The notes: a model not told the origin generated them from the letters alone. Shown: positions 18,438 through 29,429, counted from the stretch's first letter. The stretch: DNA of 63,360 nucleotides from Clostridia bacterium (GCA_051866635.1 JBJDXJ010000006.1:10287-73646), one strand, 5' to 3'. Numbers and translations: made by a program.

Positions 18438-19502
18438 TTAAGAAAAAGCCTTTATTATAAAATCTTTTGCTTCTTCACGTTTCTTTTCTAAAACCTTATA
18501 GCCTTCTGAATAATCATATGTTAAATATTCATCTATATTTCGGCTTTCATTATATCTGCACTCTTTAAGTGAAAATGTTGACATAAATGTTTCCATGCGA
18601 GTATTCATGTTTATTCTCGTATTATCTCTGTCAAAAACAATAAATGGACGGTTAAACAAAAACGCAAACAATGCAGAATGAAAAGAATCTGTGCAAACTA
18701 AGAATGCGTTTTTTTCCAAATGTAAAAAATGCTGAGGTCCGCAGGCTTTAAACAAACTGTCTTTATTGAAAACATCTATTATTTCACAGGAATACTTTTC
18801 TGCAATGCTTTTTATAACACTGTCATATTTTTCAGAACCGCCCAAAAAATACGATAAAATATATTTAGGCTTATAGTCCATATCAGGCTTTTCCATTACT
18901 TTTTCCCAATCCTCTACATTCAAAAGCAATGTGGGGTCAACTAAAACCTGAACATCTCTTCTGCCTGTCAAATCTTCAACAATTTTCTTTGCGGCATCCT
19001 CACGAACGGATATGCTTTTAAACTTCTTCAAATAGTATTTGTACTTTTCCGTTACCTCTTCAGGCAACTTGCTTACGCCGATGCTTGCTGAAAAGGAAAC
19101 TTTTTTTTCATCGCTTGCAAAGTTTAATAAATCCACTTCCACTCTTTTTCTGTAATAAGGATTCCATACCTGGTCACTGCCGGAAACGAAAAAATCATAC
19201 ATTTGGGGCAAACGCTCATTATATTTACCGCAAACTATTTTTTCATTGGAAAACTTAATGTTTTTATTAAATTCCAGAAAGTTTTTTTCTCTTTCTGCTA
19301 CTGTTTTTCTGTTCTTAAAATCCGTTATATAATGATACAGCTTTCTGGCACAGTTAAACATAACGCCTTCACGAGTGTTTCTGTTATAGATATTGTGAAC
19401 AGTATATCCCATTTTTTCCAAATAGCACTGAACAGCATAACACTGCAATCTGTTCCCGTAATTATTATAATCATTCAATGTGATTACACCTATTTTTTTC
19501 AT
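18438..19502 (-). CDS. Polysaccharide pyruvyl transferase family protein
   Basis: NYGNRLQ, GSDQVWN, ISVRE, DPTLLL, TDSFH. Confidence 0.9.
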   Translation of the reverse strand: MKKIGVITLNDYNNYGNRLQCYAVQCYLEKMGYTVHNIYNRNTREGVMFNCARKLYHYITDFKNRKTVAEREKNFLEFNKNIKFSNEKIVCGKYNERLPQMYDFFVSGSDQVWNPYYRKRVEVDLLNFASDEKKVSFSASIGVSKLPEEVTEKYKYYLKKFKSISVREDAAKKIVEDLTGRRDVQVLVDPTLLLNVEDWEKVMEKPDMDYKPKYILSYFLGGSEKYDSVIKSIAEKYSCEIIDVFNKDSLFKACGPQHFLHLEKNAFLVCTDSFHSALFAFLFNRPFIVFDRDNTRINMNTRMETFMSTFSLKECRYNESRNIDEYLTYDYSEGYKVLEKKREEAKDFIIKAFS

Positions 19503-19518
19503 TGTTATTTACACCTTT

Positions 19519-20496
19519 TTATAAGAATTTTTCCAACCGGCTTCTGAACTTCATCGCCGTTTTGTATGTAAAGACAGGAAACAAAGATATTGAAATAAGG
19601 GAAACCTTTTTTACAAAGGATAGATTTCCGCCCATAAGCTTTTTTGATGTTTGTTTTATAAATTTTCTTGTTTCCTGTACTCTCTTTTTGTTTTCGCCCT
19701 TAAATTTTGCCGTAATACATCTTGTAAAAGGGTCTAACAAGTAAATAAGAACTTTATAGCTTTCGTCATAGGAATATTTATGTTCAAAATATATTTCCAG
19801 TCTTTCACGGAAAGCGTCAAGTAAATCAAGATAATTTTCCGCCTTTTGTGTGTTCATTGTACTGGAATATAAAACCCTGTGATAACACAAAATGTCGGGT
19901 ATTATGTGAACCTTATCGCATTTTAAAAACAATCTGTCTGTAAAAAACTCGTCTTCAAAATACTTTCCGTCGGGGAATTTTAACCCCTCAAGGACTTCTC
20001 TTTTGTATATTTTATTCCACACAATTGTCCATACACCGTAGTTTTTTACATTTTTCAAATGCTCTAAAACTTCTCGTCCGCTTACGGTTTCTTCCTTTAA
20101 ATTCAGGCAAAAATTTTCTCGTCCTTCGGGGACAATATTTAAAAAATCGCACACTACAATATCATAATTCGAACCTTCTATTTCCTTTAAAAGCCTTTCA
20201 ATCATATTTTCGGCAAAGTAATCGTCGCCGTCCAAAAAAGCAATATACCTTCCCGATGCATTTTCAAGCCCTATATTTCTCGCTGTTGCCGCACCGTTAT
20301 TTTTTGTATGTATAACATTAATTCTTTTATCCTTTGCACTATACATATCACATATACTTCCGGAATTATCCCTTGAACCGTCGTCAATTAATATCAGTTC
20401 AAAATCAGTAAAAGTCTGATTTAAGACACTCTCGATACATTGTGCTATATATTTTTCCACCTGATAGACAGGTACAATAATACTAACTTCCGGCAT
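19519..20496 (-). CDS. Glycosyltransferase family 2
   Basis: SIIVPVY, IDDGS, ARNIG, FLDGDD, ED. Confidence 0.92.
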   Translation of the reverse strand: MPEVSIIVPVYQVEKYIAQCIESVLNQTFTDFELILIDDGSRDNSGSICDMYSAKDKRINVIHTKNNGAATARNIGLENASGRYIAFLDGDDYFAENMIERLLKEIEGSNYDIVVCDFLNIVPEGRENFCLNLKEETVSGREVLEHLKNVKNYGVWTIVWNKIYKREVLEGLKFPDGKYFEDEFFTDRLFLKCDKVHIIPDILCYHRVLYSSTMNTQKAENYLDLLDAFRERLEIYFEHKYSYDESYKVLIYLLDPFTRCITAKFKGENKKRVQETRKFIKQTSKKLMGGNLSFVKKVSLISISLFPVFTYKTAMKFRSRLEKFL

Positions 20497-20510
20497 TTTT
20501 TATTCTCCTA

Positions 20511-21533
20511 TCAGTCTGCTTTTCGTATAACTTTCATAAATATGGGTCCTATTAGCAGTAAAAGCTTTTCAAAATGCATACAAATCAGCTTTAATTTGAT
20601 TTTATCACCAAACGACAGCCCCTTTAAATCGGCGTATGAAGTATACATATCTATCTGTAACTCTTTTCTTACGAAATCGATTTTATCAGATTTTTCTTTA
20701 AAGGATTTATTACACTGGGGAAAGCATAATAAATAAATCACGTATGAATAAGCGTTTAATACCATGTTTGACAGTATTTTTGTTTTTCTTTCCGTTTCTA
20801 TCCCAAAGCTATCCATAAAATGGTAGCAAGCATTTATCATATACAATTGGCACTCTATTCCCGTTTCTTGCCAACGGTTGGCAGAGGAGCCCATCCTCAT
20901 ACAGTAATGATACGGTTCTTTTGAAAGGAAACAGATTTTTTCACATTTCTGAAGCACCCGGAGGACAAAAACATGATCCTCGGAAATTTTTATATCGGGG
21001 AATTTTACGTTTTCCAACGCTTCTCTTTTAAAGAAATAGTTCCACACATAATTACTGCAATTTTGCCAGAACTGCTCCATTTTTTCGGCTATCTGACTAT
21101 GAGTAAGTGAAAAAGCAAAACAAGGTGCAACTGCTTTTTCTTCATTTACGCATTTTCCGTCCTTCCAAAGCTTGGTTATGTGACCGTGTCTTAATACATC
21201 AGCGCCCTCTTTTTTAATGCATGAAACACAATCCTCTATCATGGTGTTGTCTATTTTATCATCGGAATCCACAAAGCAAATATAATCACCCTTTGCACAT
21301 TCAATTCCCTTATTTCTGGCAACGGAAACACCGCTGTTTTTTTGATGAATTACCTTTACCCTTTTATCTTTCTTTGCGTACTCGTCGCAGATTAGTCCAG
21401 AATTATCCTTTGAGCCGTCATCAATCAGTATCAGTTCAAAATCAGTAAAGGTCTGGGAAAGTATACTGTCTATACAAAAACTTATGTATTTTTCCACCTG
21501 ATACACAGGCACTATAATGCTTACCTCTGCCAT
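20511..21533 (-). CDS. Glycosyltransferase family 2
   Basis: SIIVPVY, IDDGS, ARNKG, FVDSDD; N-terminus closely paralogous to the adjacent GT2. Confidence 0.92.
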   Translation of the reverse strand: MAEVSIIVPVYQVEKYISFCIDSILSQTFTDFELILIDDGSKDNSGLICDEYAKKDKRVKVIHQKNSGVSVARNKGIECAKGDYICFVDSDDKIDNTMIEDCVSCIKKEGADVLRHGHITKLWKDGKCVNEEKAVAPCFAFSLTHSQIAEKMEQFWQNCSNYVWNYFFKREALENVKFPDIKISEDHVFVLRVLQKCEKICFLSKEPYHYCMRMGSSANRWQETGIECQLYMINACYHFMDSFGIETERKTKILSNMVLNAYSYVIYLLCFPQCNKSFKEKSDKIDFVRKELQIDMYTSYADLKGLSFGDKIKLKLICMHFEKLLLLIGPIFMKVIRKAD

Positions 21534-21552
21534 ATTCTCTATCCTTTGTTAA

Positions 21553-22638
21553 TCATAATGAGTCTAAAATATCTGTCCACTGTTTCACAATTTTATCTAA
21601 GCTGAAATCCTTCATACACAAAAATGCATTTTCCGCGAATTGCTCTCTTAATTTTGGGTCATTGATAAGTTCTTCTATTTTTCTTGCCATTTCATCACAG
21701 TCAAAGGGTTCAACAAGATAGCCGTCCTTGCCGTTATGTATCAATTCTTTTGGTCCCATTTTTACCCGGAAGGCAACGCAGGGCACTCTAAGCTCCCTGG
21801 CTTCCAGCATACCAAGACCAAGCCCTTCAAACTTACTTGTTATTACAAAAACACTTGCCTCTTTAAGATATTCGTCAACATTTTTAACATTTCCTTTGAG
21901 CACAAGTTGGTTCTGAAGCTGGTTTTCTGAAATAAACTGTTCAAGATTTTCCCGTTCTGTGCCATCGCCTAAAATTATCCATTGCCAATGAGGATATTTT
22001 TTTAATATATCAAGGGCAACTTTTTTAATGTATTCTATTCCCTTTTCCGGCACAAGGCGTCCCACAGAAAGAATGATATTTTTTCTTTCCCTTTTTTCAT
22101 CGTCCTGATAGTGGTATGTAATAGGATTGTAAATACGGGAAATATCATTTTTTCTTCCCATTATATTTTTATATTCCTCTAAATCACCGTCTGTAAGTAC
22201 AACAACATAATCAGAGCGTTTTACCGAATATTTAAGAATTAATTTACGGTACAAAACGGACAATTCAAAATCAACGTTAAAATGCTCCCACGATATAACC
22301 TTTGTCTTAAGACCTCTTGTTGCGGGAATGGAAAGCACATCAAGTACAATATCAATATCTATTATTATATCTATCCTATTTTTCTTAGCAAATTTTCTAA
22401 CCTTTTCGATTAAGGGAATATATCCCACTCCGGGATTTATCCATTTTTTACTTAAGTAATACCTTTCAATTTCTTCATTTAAGGGATAGAAGGGCTTTTC
22501 CGCCTGCTCGGTAAGGCTTAAAAAGGAAATTTCATATGTTCCCTCTTCATAAAGAGCATTGGCAATCTCCACCGCCACACGCTCTGTTCCACCGCTTCTG
22601 GTAATATCACCTGAAAAGAAGCATATTTTTTTCTTCAA
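21553..22638 (-). CDS. Glycosyltransferase family 4
   Basis: GGTER, VGRL..EKG, EGLGLGMLEA. Confidence 0.92.
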   Translation of the reverse strand: MKKKICFFSGDITRSGGTERVAVEIANALYEEGTYEISFLSLTEQAEKPFYPLNEEIERYYLSKKWINPGVGYIPLIEKVRKFAKKNRIDIIIDIDIVLDVLSIPATRGLKTKVISWEHFNVDFELSVLYRKLILKYSVKRSDYVVVLTDGDLEEYKNIMGRKNDISRIYNPITYHYQDDEKRERKNIILSVGRLVPEKGIEYIKKVALDILKKYPHWQWIILGDGTERENLEQFISENQLQNQLVLKGNVKNVDEYLKEASVFVITSKFEGLGLGMLEARELRVPCVAFRVKMGPKELIHNGKDGYLVEPFDCDEMARKIEELINDPKLREQFAENAFLCMKDFSLDKIVKQWTDILDSL

Positions 22639-22641
22639 GTA

Positions 22642-23382
22642 TTAACCCTCCCCGATTTTTGCCATTTCCTCAACCTTTTCTTCTTCGGTCAGATCAACAG
22701 CCTCCCATGTTTTTTGAAAAAACAGAATGGAAGACAAAACCTTTATCATATACTTTGTGGCATTGACAGGAGAAAGATAGCTTTGACCGTATTCTCTTTC
22801 ATTCATTTTTACTTGTATTTCCCTCACATCTGCACCCATTCGTATTAAAAATGTCAGTGTGTCGGGTTCCGGTGTTAAGTTTTCGTTTTGTACAAAAGCA
22901 CGGATAATATTTCTTTTATAAAGTCGCATACCGCTTGTGGGGTCAGTAAGCTCCTTATTTGCAAATTTACTTATTGCACCGGAAATCATTTTACCGCCTA
23001 ATGTTCTCATACGAAACGGCATCTTTTCACTTAGAAATCTGGAGGCAATAACAATATCGCAGTTTGTTTGTTCCATACAATGAAGCATATCGTCTATGTA
23101 TTCGGGCAAATGCTGACCGTCCGCATCAAATTGCAATGCCGCATCATATCCTTTTTCAAGTGCATATTTCATGCCTGTACGCATTGCAGCTGCCAACCCC
23201 TTATTTGAATGGTGGTTAATAACACGATAGTTATTTTCCTTACATAATTCTTCCGTTTCGTCAGTTGAGCCATCGTTTACGATTATGTAATCATAATAAG
23301 GACAAGTGTACTTTAAATGTTCAATTACGCCTTTTAAACTTTTCGCTTCGTTATATGCAGGTATTATTACAAGTAATTTCAT
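22642..23382 (-). CDS. Glycosyltransferase family 2, DPM1-like (polyprenol-phosphate sugar synthase type)
   Basis: IIPAYNE, NDGSTD, QFDADGQH, ASRF, TDPTSG. Confidence 0.88.
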   Translation of the reverse strand: MKLLVIIPAYNEAKSLKGVIEHLKYTCPYYDYIIVNDGSTDETEELCKENNYRVINHHSNKGLAAAMRTGMKYALEKGYDAALQFDADGQHLPEYIDDMLHCMEQTNCDIVIASRFLSEKMPFRMRTLGGKMISGAISKFANKELTDPTSGMRLYKRNIIRAFVQNENLTPEPDTLTFLIRMGADVREIQVKMNEREYGQSYLSPVNATKYMIKVLSSILFFQKTWEAVDLTEEEKVEEMAKIGEG

Positions 23383-23394
23383 ATGTCATTCCCC

Positions 23395-24603
23395 TTACGA
23401 TAACAATGTAAGAAACTCATCCAATCCCCTATTGTTATACGGAATTTTTTCCTTTGCTTTTTCTCCGTATTTTTTACATTCATCAGGATGCTTTATCATA
23501 TCTAAAATAACTTCGCTTATCGCTTTTGGGTCAAGTTCACATATACGGCCGTCAACACCGTCTGAAATATGCTCCCTGTTTCCGCTGCAATTTGTTGCAA
23601 GAATTGGTTTTCCTAAAATCTGCGCTTCCTGAACTGCAATACTCTTTCCCTCAAAGGCAGTTGCATGAACATACAAATCGCAGTCCCTATAATAGGGGAA
23701 CGGGTTCTCCTTAACCCCCATAAGGATGAAATCATTTTCAAGCCCCATAGATTTTATCTGTTTCTCTAACTCATTCCTAAGCTCGCCTTCACCTAAGGCA
23801 TACCATCTTATGGGAACGTCGCTTTTTTCTTTAATAATGCTCATTGCCTCAATGGCAATATCATATTTTTTCTGCTCTGTCAGTCTTCCCACAGTTAAAA
23901 TCCTTATGCCCTCAAAACCGTCGGAAAAGCTTTCGCCTTCATTTGCCATTTCTATTATTTTTTTCTGATTTAGAATATTGTTAAAAACAGCAATTTTTTT
24001 CTCATATTCGGGATATACCTCAAGGAAGTTATCCCTAACCTCATCTGACACAGCGAAAATACGGTCAAATTTGTCATAACAGTTTCTATCCAAATCCCTG
24101 CTATAGCCTGCTCTTTTATAATCTATGTGTACAAATGCGGCCTTTTTTTTCGCCTTAATATGCTCTGCCACATAGTAAGTGGCACCGCCTTCAATATAAG
24201 CCACCGCTAAATCATATTCCTCGTTTAGCTTTGGACTGCTATCTGAAATCAGCCTCCATAAAAGCTTATCCGGCAGAATTTTTCCGTTTTTCAGCATATT
24301 TATAAAATTCTTTATAAGATACGGAGCAAGTTTAATAAACGAGCCTTTTTTTATACCATCTTTTAAGACCTTTGCCCTCAAAAGCTTTCTGCCTTCCTTT
24401 GTAAGGACAGATACATCTTTGTAATTTTCATTAAGTAAATGCACATGTTCAGGCAGTTCGCTACGTAACTCACCCTGGGCGGTAAGAACAAGCAGAGAAA
24501 TGTCATACTCATTGGAATCAAGTACGCACAGAAGATTAATCATAGCACGTTCGGCACCGCCACAGCCTAACGTATTAATTATGAATAGCAGTTTTTTCAT
24601 CAT
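23395..24603 (-). CDS. Glycosyltransferase family 4
   Basis: GGAER, VGRL..QK, EGKSIAVQEA; start MMKKLL at 24603 or 24600, overlapping the pelG end. Confidence 0.9.
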   Translation of the reverse strand: MMKKLLFIINTLGCGGAERAMINLLCVLDSNEYDISLLVLTAQGELRSELPEHVHLLNENYKDVSVLTKEGRKLLRAKVLKDGIKKGSFIKLAPYLIKNFINMLKNGKILPDKLLWRLISDSSPKLNEEYDLAVAYIEGGATYYVAEHIKAKKKAAFVHIDYKRAGYSRDLDRNCYDKFDRIFAVSDEVRDNFLEVYPEYEKKIAVFNNILNQKKIIEMANEGESFSDGFEGIRILTVGRLTEQKKYDIAIEAMSIIKEKSDVPIRWYALGEGELRNELEKQIKSMGLENDFILMGVKENPFPYYRDCDLYVHATAFEGKSIAVQEAQILGKPILATNCSGNREHISDGVDGRICELDPKAISEVILDMIKHPDECKKYGEKAKEKIPYNNRGLDEFLTLLS

Positions 24604-26101
24604 CTTTCTGTCCCTCCTCTTTTTCCTTTTCAACCAGGAGACTGCCTTCTTCCTTTCTTTGTTCTTCAAGGTCAAATACTTTCGGCGAAGGTTTAATGCC
24701 TTTTGCATGCTTTATGATATTTCCTCTACAGAACATATGCTCATCAAGATGATGCTCCATCCACCTCAGCCGCACATATGCAACCGTAAACCCGATAACT
24801 GAGCCTACCCATGCACCGAAGCCATAGAATATGGAGCTTAAATGCGTTGCCACAAGGGAAGATAAAAATGTTCCCACACAAAAGCACACTGACGTAAGGA
24901 GAGCACCGTTTAAATCCTCGAAATAATAAAGGAAGATAATCTCCGAATACATAAGGAACAGTACAAAGTACGCCGCCGCCATCATTGGATAAATACGCAT
25001 AACAAGACCGGCATAGCCCATTTGCGGCAAAAAAATTACAAACCCCAGATAAATAAATACCGACACTACAAATTGCAGTCTTACCAAAGTCATAAGCTCG
25101 CTTGCAAGCTGTCTGAACATACGCTTTTTTGTGTTTCTTATATCAAGCCCTCTGCCGCCGAACACTGCATCGGCATAATCACGGTATCTTTCGTGAAAGT
25201 ACATTTCAACTCTCGATATAAAGATAACACTTGCAGATACATTGGTGAACATGGCAAGGCAAGTTGCCATATCATAGGGCTGATTGCACACAAAACTCTT
25301 AACTAAGTGCATTGCCATATCTGTTCCCCAGAATACAAAGTTGTGGATAAACAGCCCCAATGTATAAAGGAAATTAATCAAAATCAACTGCCAGTATTTT
25401 CCGAAATATTCAAAAACTCTCGTATATTCTTCGCTGTTATCAGGAAAAAACTGATGAACTTTTGCCCATTCAAGCACTGCGGTAAGGAAGAAGCCTATAG
25501 TCAATGCCAGAAGCATACTGTATGGAATACTCATTTTACAAATAAATCTGAAGAATAATGACAGTAAGAATGATGTAAACATTCCTATAAAAAAGTAGAG
25601 CGAAATCAATTTGTATTCTTTACATATTGACAGATACAGCATGTTGTAAAAAACCAGAACAAGGCTTACAAAACAACAATATCCCGTAAAGACATAATAA
25701 ATTGGCACTCCGCCTACTATATGCTCATGTATGCAAAAGGGGATTGCAAAAAGGCAGCTGAAACATATATTAACAAGCAGTCCCACCCTGTGGCATGGCT
25801 GAACATCTTCATACCTTTCTTCAAAAATAACATCCGACATATATCTTGACAATACAGCATTAAATGGTGATGTTGTAAGAAGTGAAAATATGAAAATATA
25901 AAGAACTGTACAGGAAAAAAGTTCTCGGTTAATATAGCTTACAGTATTGAACTTAAGCACGTACTGCATCAGCATAAGGTTGATAATTACAACAAGAACA
26001 GGTGCAATTGTCATAATCGTACTGTAAAAAAATCCGACAATGTTAGTTGTAATAGTGTTTTTTCCGTAAATTTTGTTAAGCTTTACGCCTATTCCTGCCA
26101 T
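24575..26101 (-). CDS. pelG: Pel exopolysaccharide transporter PelG
   Basis: Diagnostic MAGIG start, SRYMSD, YD motif, many TMs; follows pelF. Confidence 0.92.
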   Translation of the reverse strand: MAGIGVKLNKIYGKNTITTNIVGFFYSTIMTIAPVLVVIINLMLMQYVLKFNTVSYINRELFSCTVLYIFIFSLLTTSPFNAVLSRYMSDVIFEERYEDVQPCHRVGLLVNICFSCLFAIPFCIHEHIVGGVPIYYVFTGYCCFVSLVLVFYNMLYLSICKEYKLISLYFFIGMFTSFLLSLFFRFICKMSIPYSMLLALTIGFFLTAVLEWAKVHQFFPDNSEEYTRVFEYFGKYWQLILINFLYTLGLFIHNFVFWGTDMAMHLVKSFVCNQPYDMATCLAMFTNVSASVIFISRVEMYFHERYRDYADAVFGGRGLDIRNTKKRMFRQLASELMTLVRLQFVVSVFIYLGFVIFLPQMGYAGLVMRIYPMMAAAYFVLFLMYSEIIFLYYFEDLNGALLTSVCFCVGTFLSSLVATHLSSIFYGFGAWVGSVIGFTVAYVRLRWMEHHLDEHMFCRGNIIKHAKGIKPSPKVFDLEEQRKEEGSLLVEKEKEEGQKDDEKTAIHN

Positions 26102-26133
26102 ATGTATCTCCCCTTTCTGCCTGTTATCTTATT

Positions 26134-27567
26134 TTAATCTTCCCAAGTTTTGTTTTGCCTTTCGGCGGCCTTTTTATAAATATCTGCATATGTTTTTTTC
26201 ATGTCTTCAATTTTATACTTGTGCATCAATCTTTTATATCCTGCGTTTGCCATTTTCCGTCTTTCTTCAGGATTTTCCGCCATATAAACCATAGCGTTGG
26301 CAATTTCATCAATATTCATAATATGGGTTATAAGACCTGCTCTTCCAAAGTCATCGTCCTCGCCGTACAAAAGCCCTCGGCAATTACCTACATCAGTTGC
26401 AATAACGGGAACGTATGCCGCAAAACTTTCAAGTATCGTAAGAGGTTGTCCCTCACTTATACTGGTAAGTATTGTCATATCCATAAACCCCATATAGTCC
26501 AGTACATTAATTCTTCCGGTAAATTCTATATCCGAAATTTTCATTTGCTCTGCCATTTTAAAACATTCTGCCGCATATTCGGGCTCTTCATCGTAAGGTC
26601 CCATAATCCATAATTTCAGTTTAGGACACTTTTTTTTTGCATATCCAAATGCCTGTATCATTGTTTTAACGTCTTTTATGGGTGTTACTCTCAAAACCGC
26701 ACCTACATGGATATAGCCTTCGTTTTCAGGCGTAACAGTGGGCAAATTTTCAAATCTCTTATAATCTATTCCGTTAGGCGTAACGACAAGTTTTTCTTTC
26801 GGACAGCCAAGCTCTAACTGAAGCTCGTTTGCGTGCTTATAAAGCCCTGTGACCACGTCCGCCATATCGTAAGCTAACTTAGACATTTTCTTGAACTGGC
26901 GAATCCATATTCTTTTATAAGTTCGCTGTACCCATTCGGCCTTTATCAGTTCTTCTTCTCTCTCTCTGGTGTAAATTCCGTGTTCGGATACAATAAGCTG
27001 TCCGTTGTAAAAATGCTTACCCATACTGCCCACAATTCCGGCATACCCTGTGGCTACAGAGTGATACACGTCAGCTTTTGGAATTTCTGTTGATAATGCG
27101 AGAAAAAGCGGAAGATACATGGAACGCATTGTCCATAAAAAGTCCGAAAAAACTATATCAGGGTACTGTAAATTATAACAGTCCTCCACTGCATGATAGA
27201 AATCCTCTCCCATAAGGAGCTGATTAATTGACACATTATTATTTCTGAAGTAGTCAAACAGTACAGACCATTCAACATTCTGGTCCAGCAAAAGACTTCT
27301 GAGTGCATGATACTCCTTTTTATTAAGCCTTGCTTTATGTACCTTGTTCACATTTCCCCAGTCTGCATCCTGAAGATAAAGCTCATGAACTTCCTTTACA
27401 TTTTCGGGTAGCTTATATGCAAATTTTCCGCTTTGTTCCCTTGTTGCTATTATTGAAACCAATATAAACTCCTGTTTTGGGAAAGTTTGTATCATACTGT
27501 GCACCCAACCGGACACGCCGCCTACCACATAGGGATAGCACCCTTCGGTTATAATACAAATTCGCAT
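26134..27567 (-). CDS. pelF: GT4 glycosyltransferase PelF
   Basis: EGCYPYVVGGVSGW, TGYAG, SEHGIYTRER, SISEGQPL. Confidence 0.93.
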   Translation of the reverse strand: MRICIITEGCYPYVVGGVSGWVHSMIQTFPKQEFILVSIIATREQSGKFAYKLPENVKEVHELYLQDADWGNVNKVHKARLNKKEYHALRSLLLDQNVEWSVLFDYFRNNNVSINQLLMGEDFYHAVEDCYNLQYPDIVFSDFLWTMRSMYLPLFLALSTEIPKADVYHSVATGYAGIVGSMGKHFYNGQLIVSEHGIYTREREEELIKAEWVQRTYKRIWIRQFKKMSKLAYDMADVVTGLYKHANELQLELGCPKEKLVVTPNGIDYKRFENLPTVTPENEGYIHVGAVLRVTPIKDVKTMIQAFGYAKKKCPKLKLWIMGPYDEEPEYAAECFKMAEQMKISDIEFTGRINVLDYMGFMDMTILTSISEGQPLTILESFAAYVPVIATDVGNCRGLLYGEDDDFGRAGLITHIMNIDEIANAMVYMAENPEERRKMANAGYKRLMHKYKIEDMKKTYADIYKKAAERQNKTWED

Positions 27568-27590
27568 AAGCCACACCTCTTTTCTGATTA

Positions 27591-29429
27591 TTATTTGTAA
27601 TAAAGCTCAACCTTTGAATTTAAAGTAATCTCTGCCGTATCTGATGTAAGCGTCAAAAGATAAGCATCCTTTTCCACCTGTTTATAAGTTCCGCCTGTCA
27701 TGCTTTCAAACCTTTCACCGTGAGTTCTGAAAAGCAGATATGCCTCAGATGTAAAGTTTTCAGTCTTAATTGTAACTGTATCCCCATCTTTGGAGCTTTG
27801 AACACTCCCGTTCAAAAAGTTTCGCACACGTGTATCGCTTTGAGTTACTGTAGTTTTATCGAACACCGAAAAAGGTTTCCAGTATGTGTCGATATTAGAA
27901 GCCATCTTTTCCGCCAGATACTCCCATTGGTCTTTTTCATTTTCGGGCCACAATACCCTGTATATATCCACCTGCACATTACTGTAACCCAATGCCGTTT
28001 CAATGCTTTTAAGCTTCAAGCTGTCACTATAGCTGTGACGGTATGCATCAGTCGTTGTCCTTTGGTAAATAATCTTATCTGTCAGATAGGATAAAACTCT
28101 TTCGCTCTCATCATATTCTCCCACTATGGTGCGAATACTATTGAAATAATTCATACTGCCGTCATAGTTGATTAAATATTTAAGCTGCCTTTTATTTTCC
28201 TGACGTATATATCCGCAGGTAAATAAATAACCGATGTTAAGATTTTTAAGTTCTGTTTTTTCGTCCCTGACACTCCTTAGAATGTTAGTACTTCTTATTC
28301 TGCCGATTGATGCCCCTGCCTCCGCCGATTCCTCATTAAAATATTTAAGATATTCAACAAGGTTACTTGTTTTTGGCTTCACCTTGGTGCTGTCGCTTTG
28401 CTTTACGGAAACAAAGGATGTTATTTTCCATCCATTTTTGTTTGTTGCCGCCACAAAGGATGGCCAAAGAATATCACGGCAAAATTGTTCGGTATTCATT
28501 CCGTAAACCTCTGCCATTTTGTCCTCGTTTTCATTTGTCAAAGAAGGAAATCCCGCTATACAAAGGTTTTGTGCGTTCACCACAGGATAAAGGGAGTATT
28601 CTTTTGCCTCATAAAGCATTGCATCAAGTATTCCTAAACCGGCAGTCTTTATGTAGTCCCCATTTACCGCAAACACTGAGCCTTTATCCATATTGCTTCG
28701 CCAGATAATTGCAGGCATATCCTCGTTGTGAAGACCTTTGGAGGCTTTCTCCTCCTCCGTTAGAAAGCCTACCATGTAGGTTTTCGTTCTGGAAGAAATA
28801 TCATACCACGGAATTTCGCTTTCCATATCTATAAGGTCGGGATTTGTTACATTTTCAAAGGAATAGTGAGTTTCACCGCCCAACAAAAAGCCACTGAAAA
28901 GGCGTATTTCTTTTAACTTTACTTTTTCTGAACGCATACGTTGAATACCCAAAAGATTTCTTAATACTACACTATTCTTTATTGTATTGTAAGAGGGCAT
29001 ACGGTAAAAAATCACAATACCGCCTTTTTGTACATACTCTGTGAGCATTTGGGTATATTTATCGGTGTTTGCGTAAAGCATCTGCCCGTCTACAAGCAAA
29101 AGTTCCAATTTTTTTCCCTTACTTTTGGTTATTTCTTCTAAACCTTCAAATGTGGAAAAAGCGGCAAATGCTTTTTTTCTGTATGTTGCCCATTCCTCGA
29201 TAACAGAATAGTATCCGTTATTCTCACTCCCAAAATACAAAAATTGTGCTTTTTCAATGTCACTGACTGTAACAGATGTACTTTCTTTTTTCTCTATAAG
29301 CTCTGTCTGTGCCATATGATTTATACCATAGTCGTTAAAATATTCCTTTAAAACTACAGAAGAAAGAAAGAGTGTCAGTACAACAAAAATCATAGTCAAC
29401 ATCATTATAAGATTTCGTTTTGAAAGCAT
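27591..29429 (-). CDS. pelA: DUF2194 protein (PelA deacetylase-like, apparently degenerate)
   Basis: Position between pelE and pelF; YPVVN..FPS, F.RDILWP, GWKIT segments. Confidence 0.7.
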   Translation of the reverse strand: MLSKRNLIMMLTMIFVVLTLFLSSVVLKEYFNDYGINHMAQTELIEKKESTSVTVSDIEKAQFLYFGSENNGYYSVIEEWATYRKKAFAAFSTFEGLEEITKSKGKKLELLLVDGQMLYANTDKYTQMLTEYVQKGGIVIFYRMPSYNTIKNSVVLRNLLGIQRMRSEKVKLKEIRLFSGFLLGGETHYSFENVTNPDLIDMESEIPWYDISSRTKTYMVGFLTEEEKASKGLHNEDMPAIIWRSNMDKGSVFAVNGDYIKTAGLGILDAMLYEAKEYSLYPVVNAQNLCIAGFPSLTNENEDKMAEVYGMNTEQFCRDILWPSFVAATNKNGWKITSFVSVKQSDSTKVKPKTSNLVEYLKYFNEESAEAGASIGRIRSTNILRSVRDEKTELKNLNIGYLFTCGYIRQENKRQLKYLINYDGSMNYFNSIRTIVGEYDESERVLSYLTDKIIYQRTTTDAYRHSYSDSLKLKSIETALGYSNVQVDIYRVLWPENEKDQWEYLAEKMASNIDTYWKPFSVFDKTTVTQSDTRVRNFLNGSVQSSKDGDTVTIKTENFTSEAYLLFRTHGERFESMTGGTYKQVEKDAYLLTLTSDTAEITLNSKVELYYK

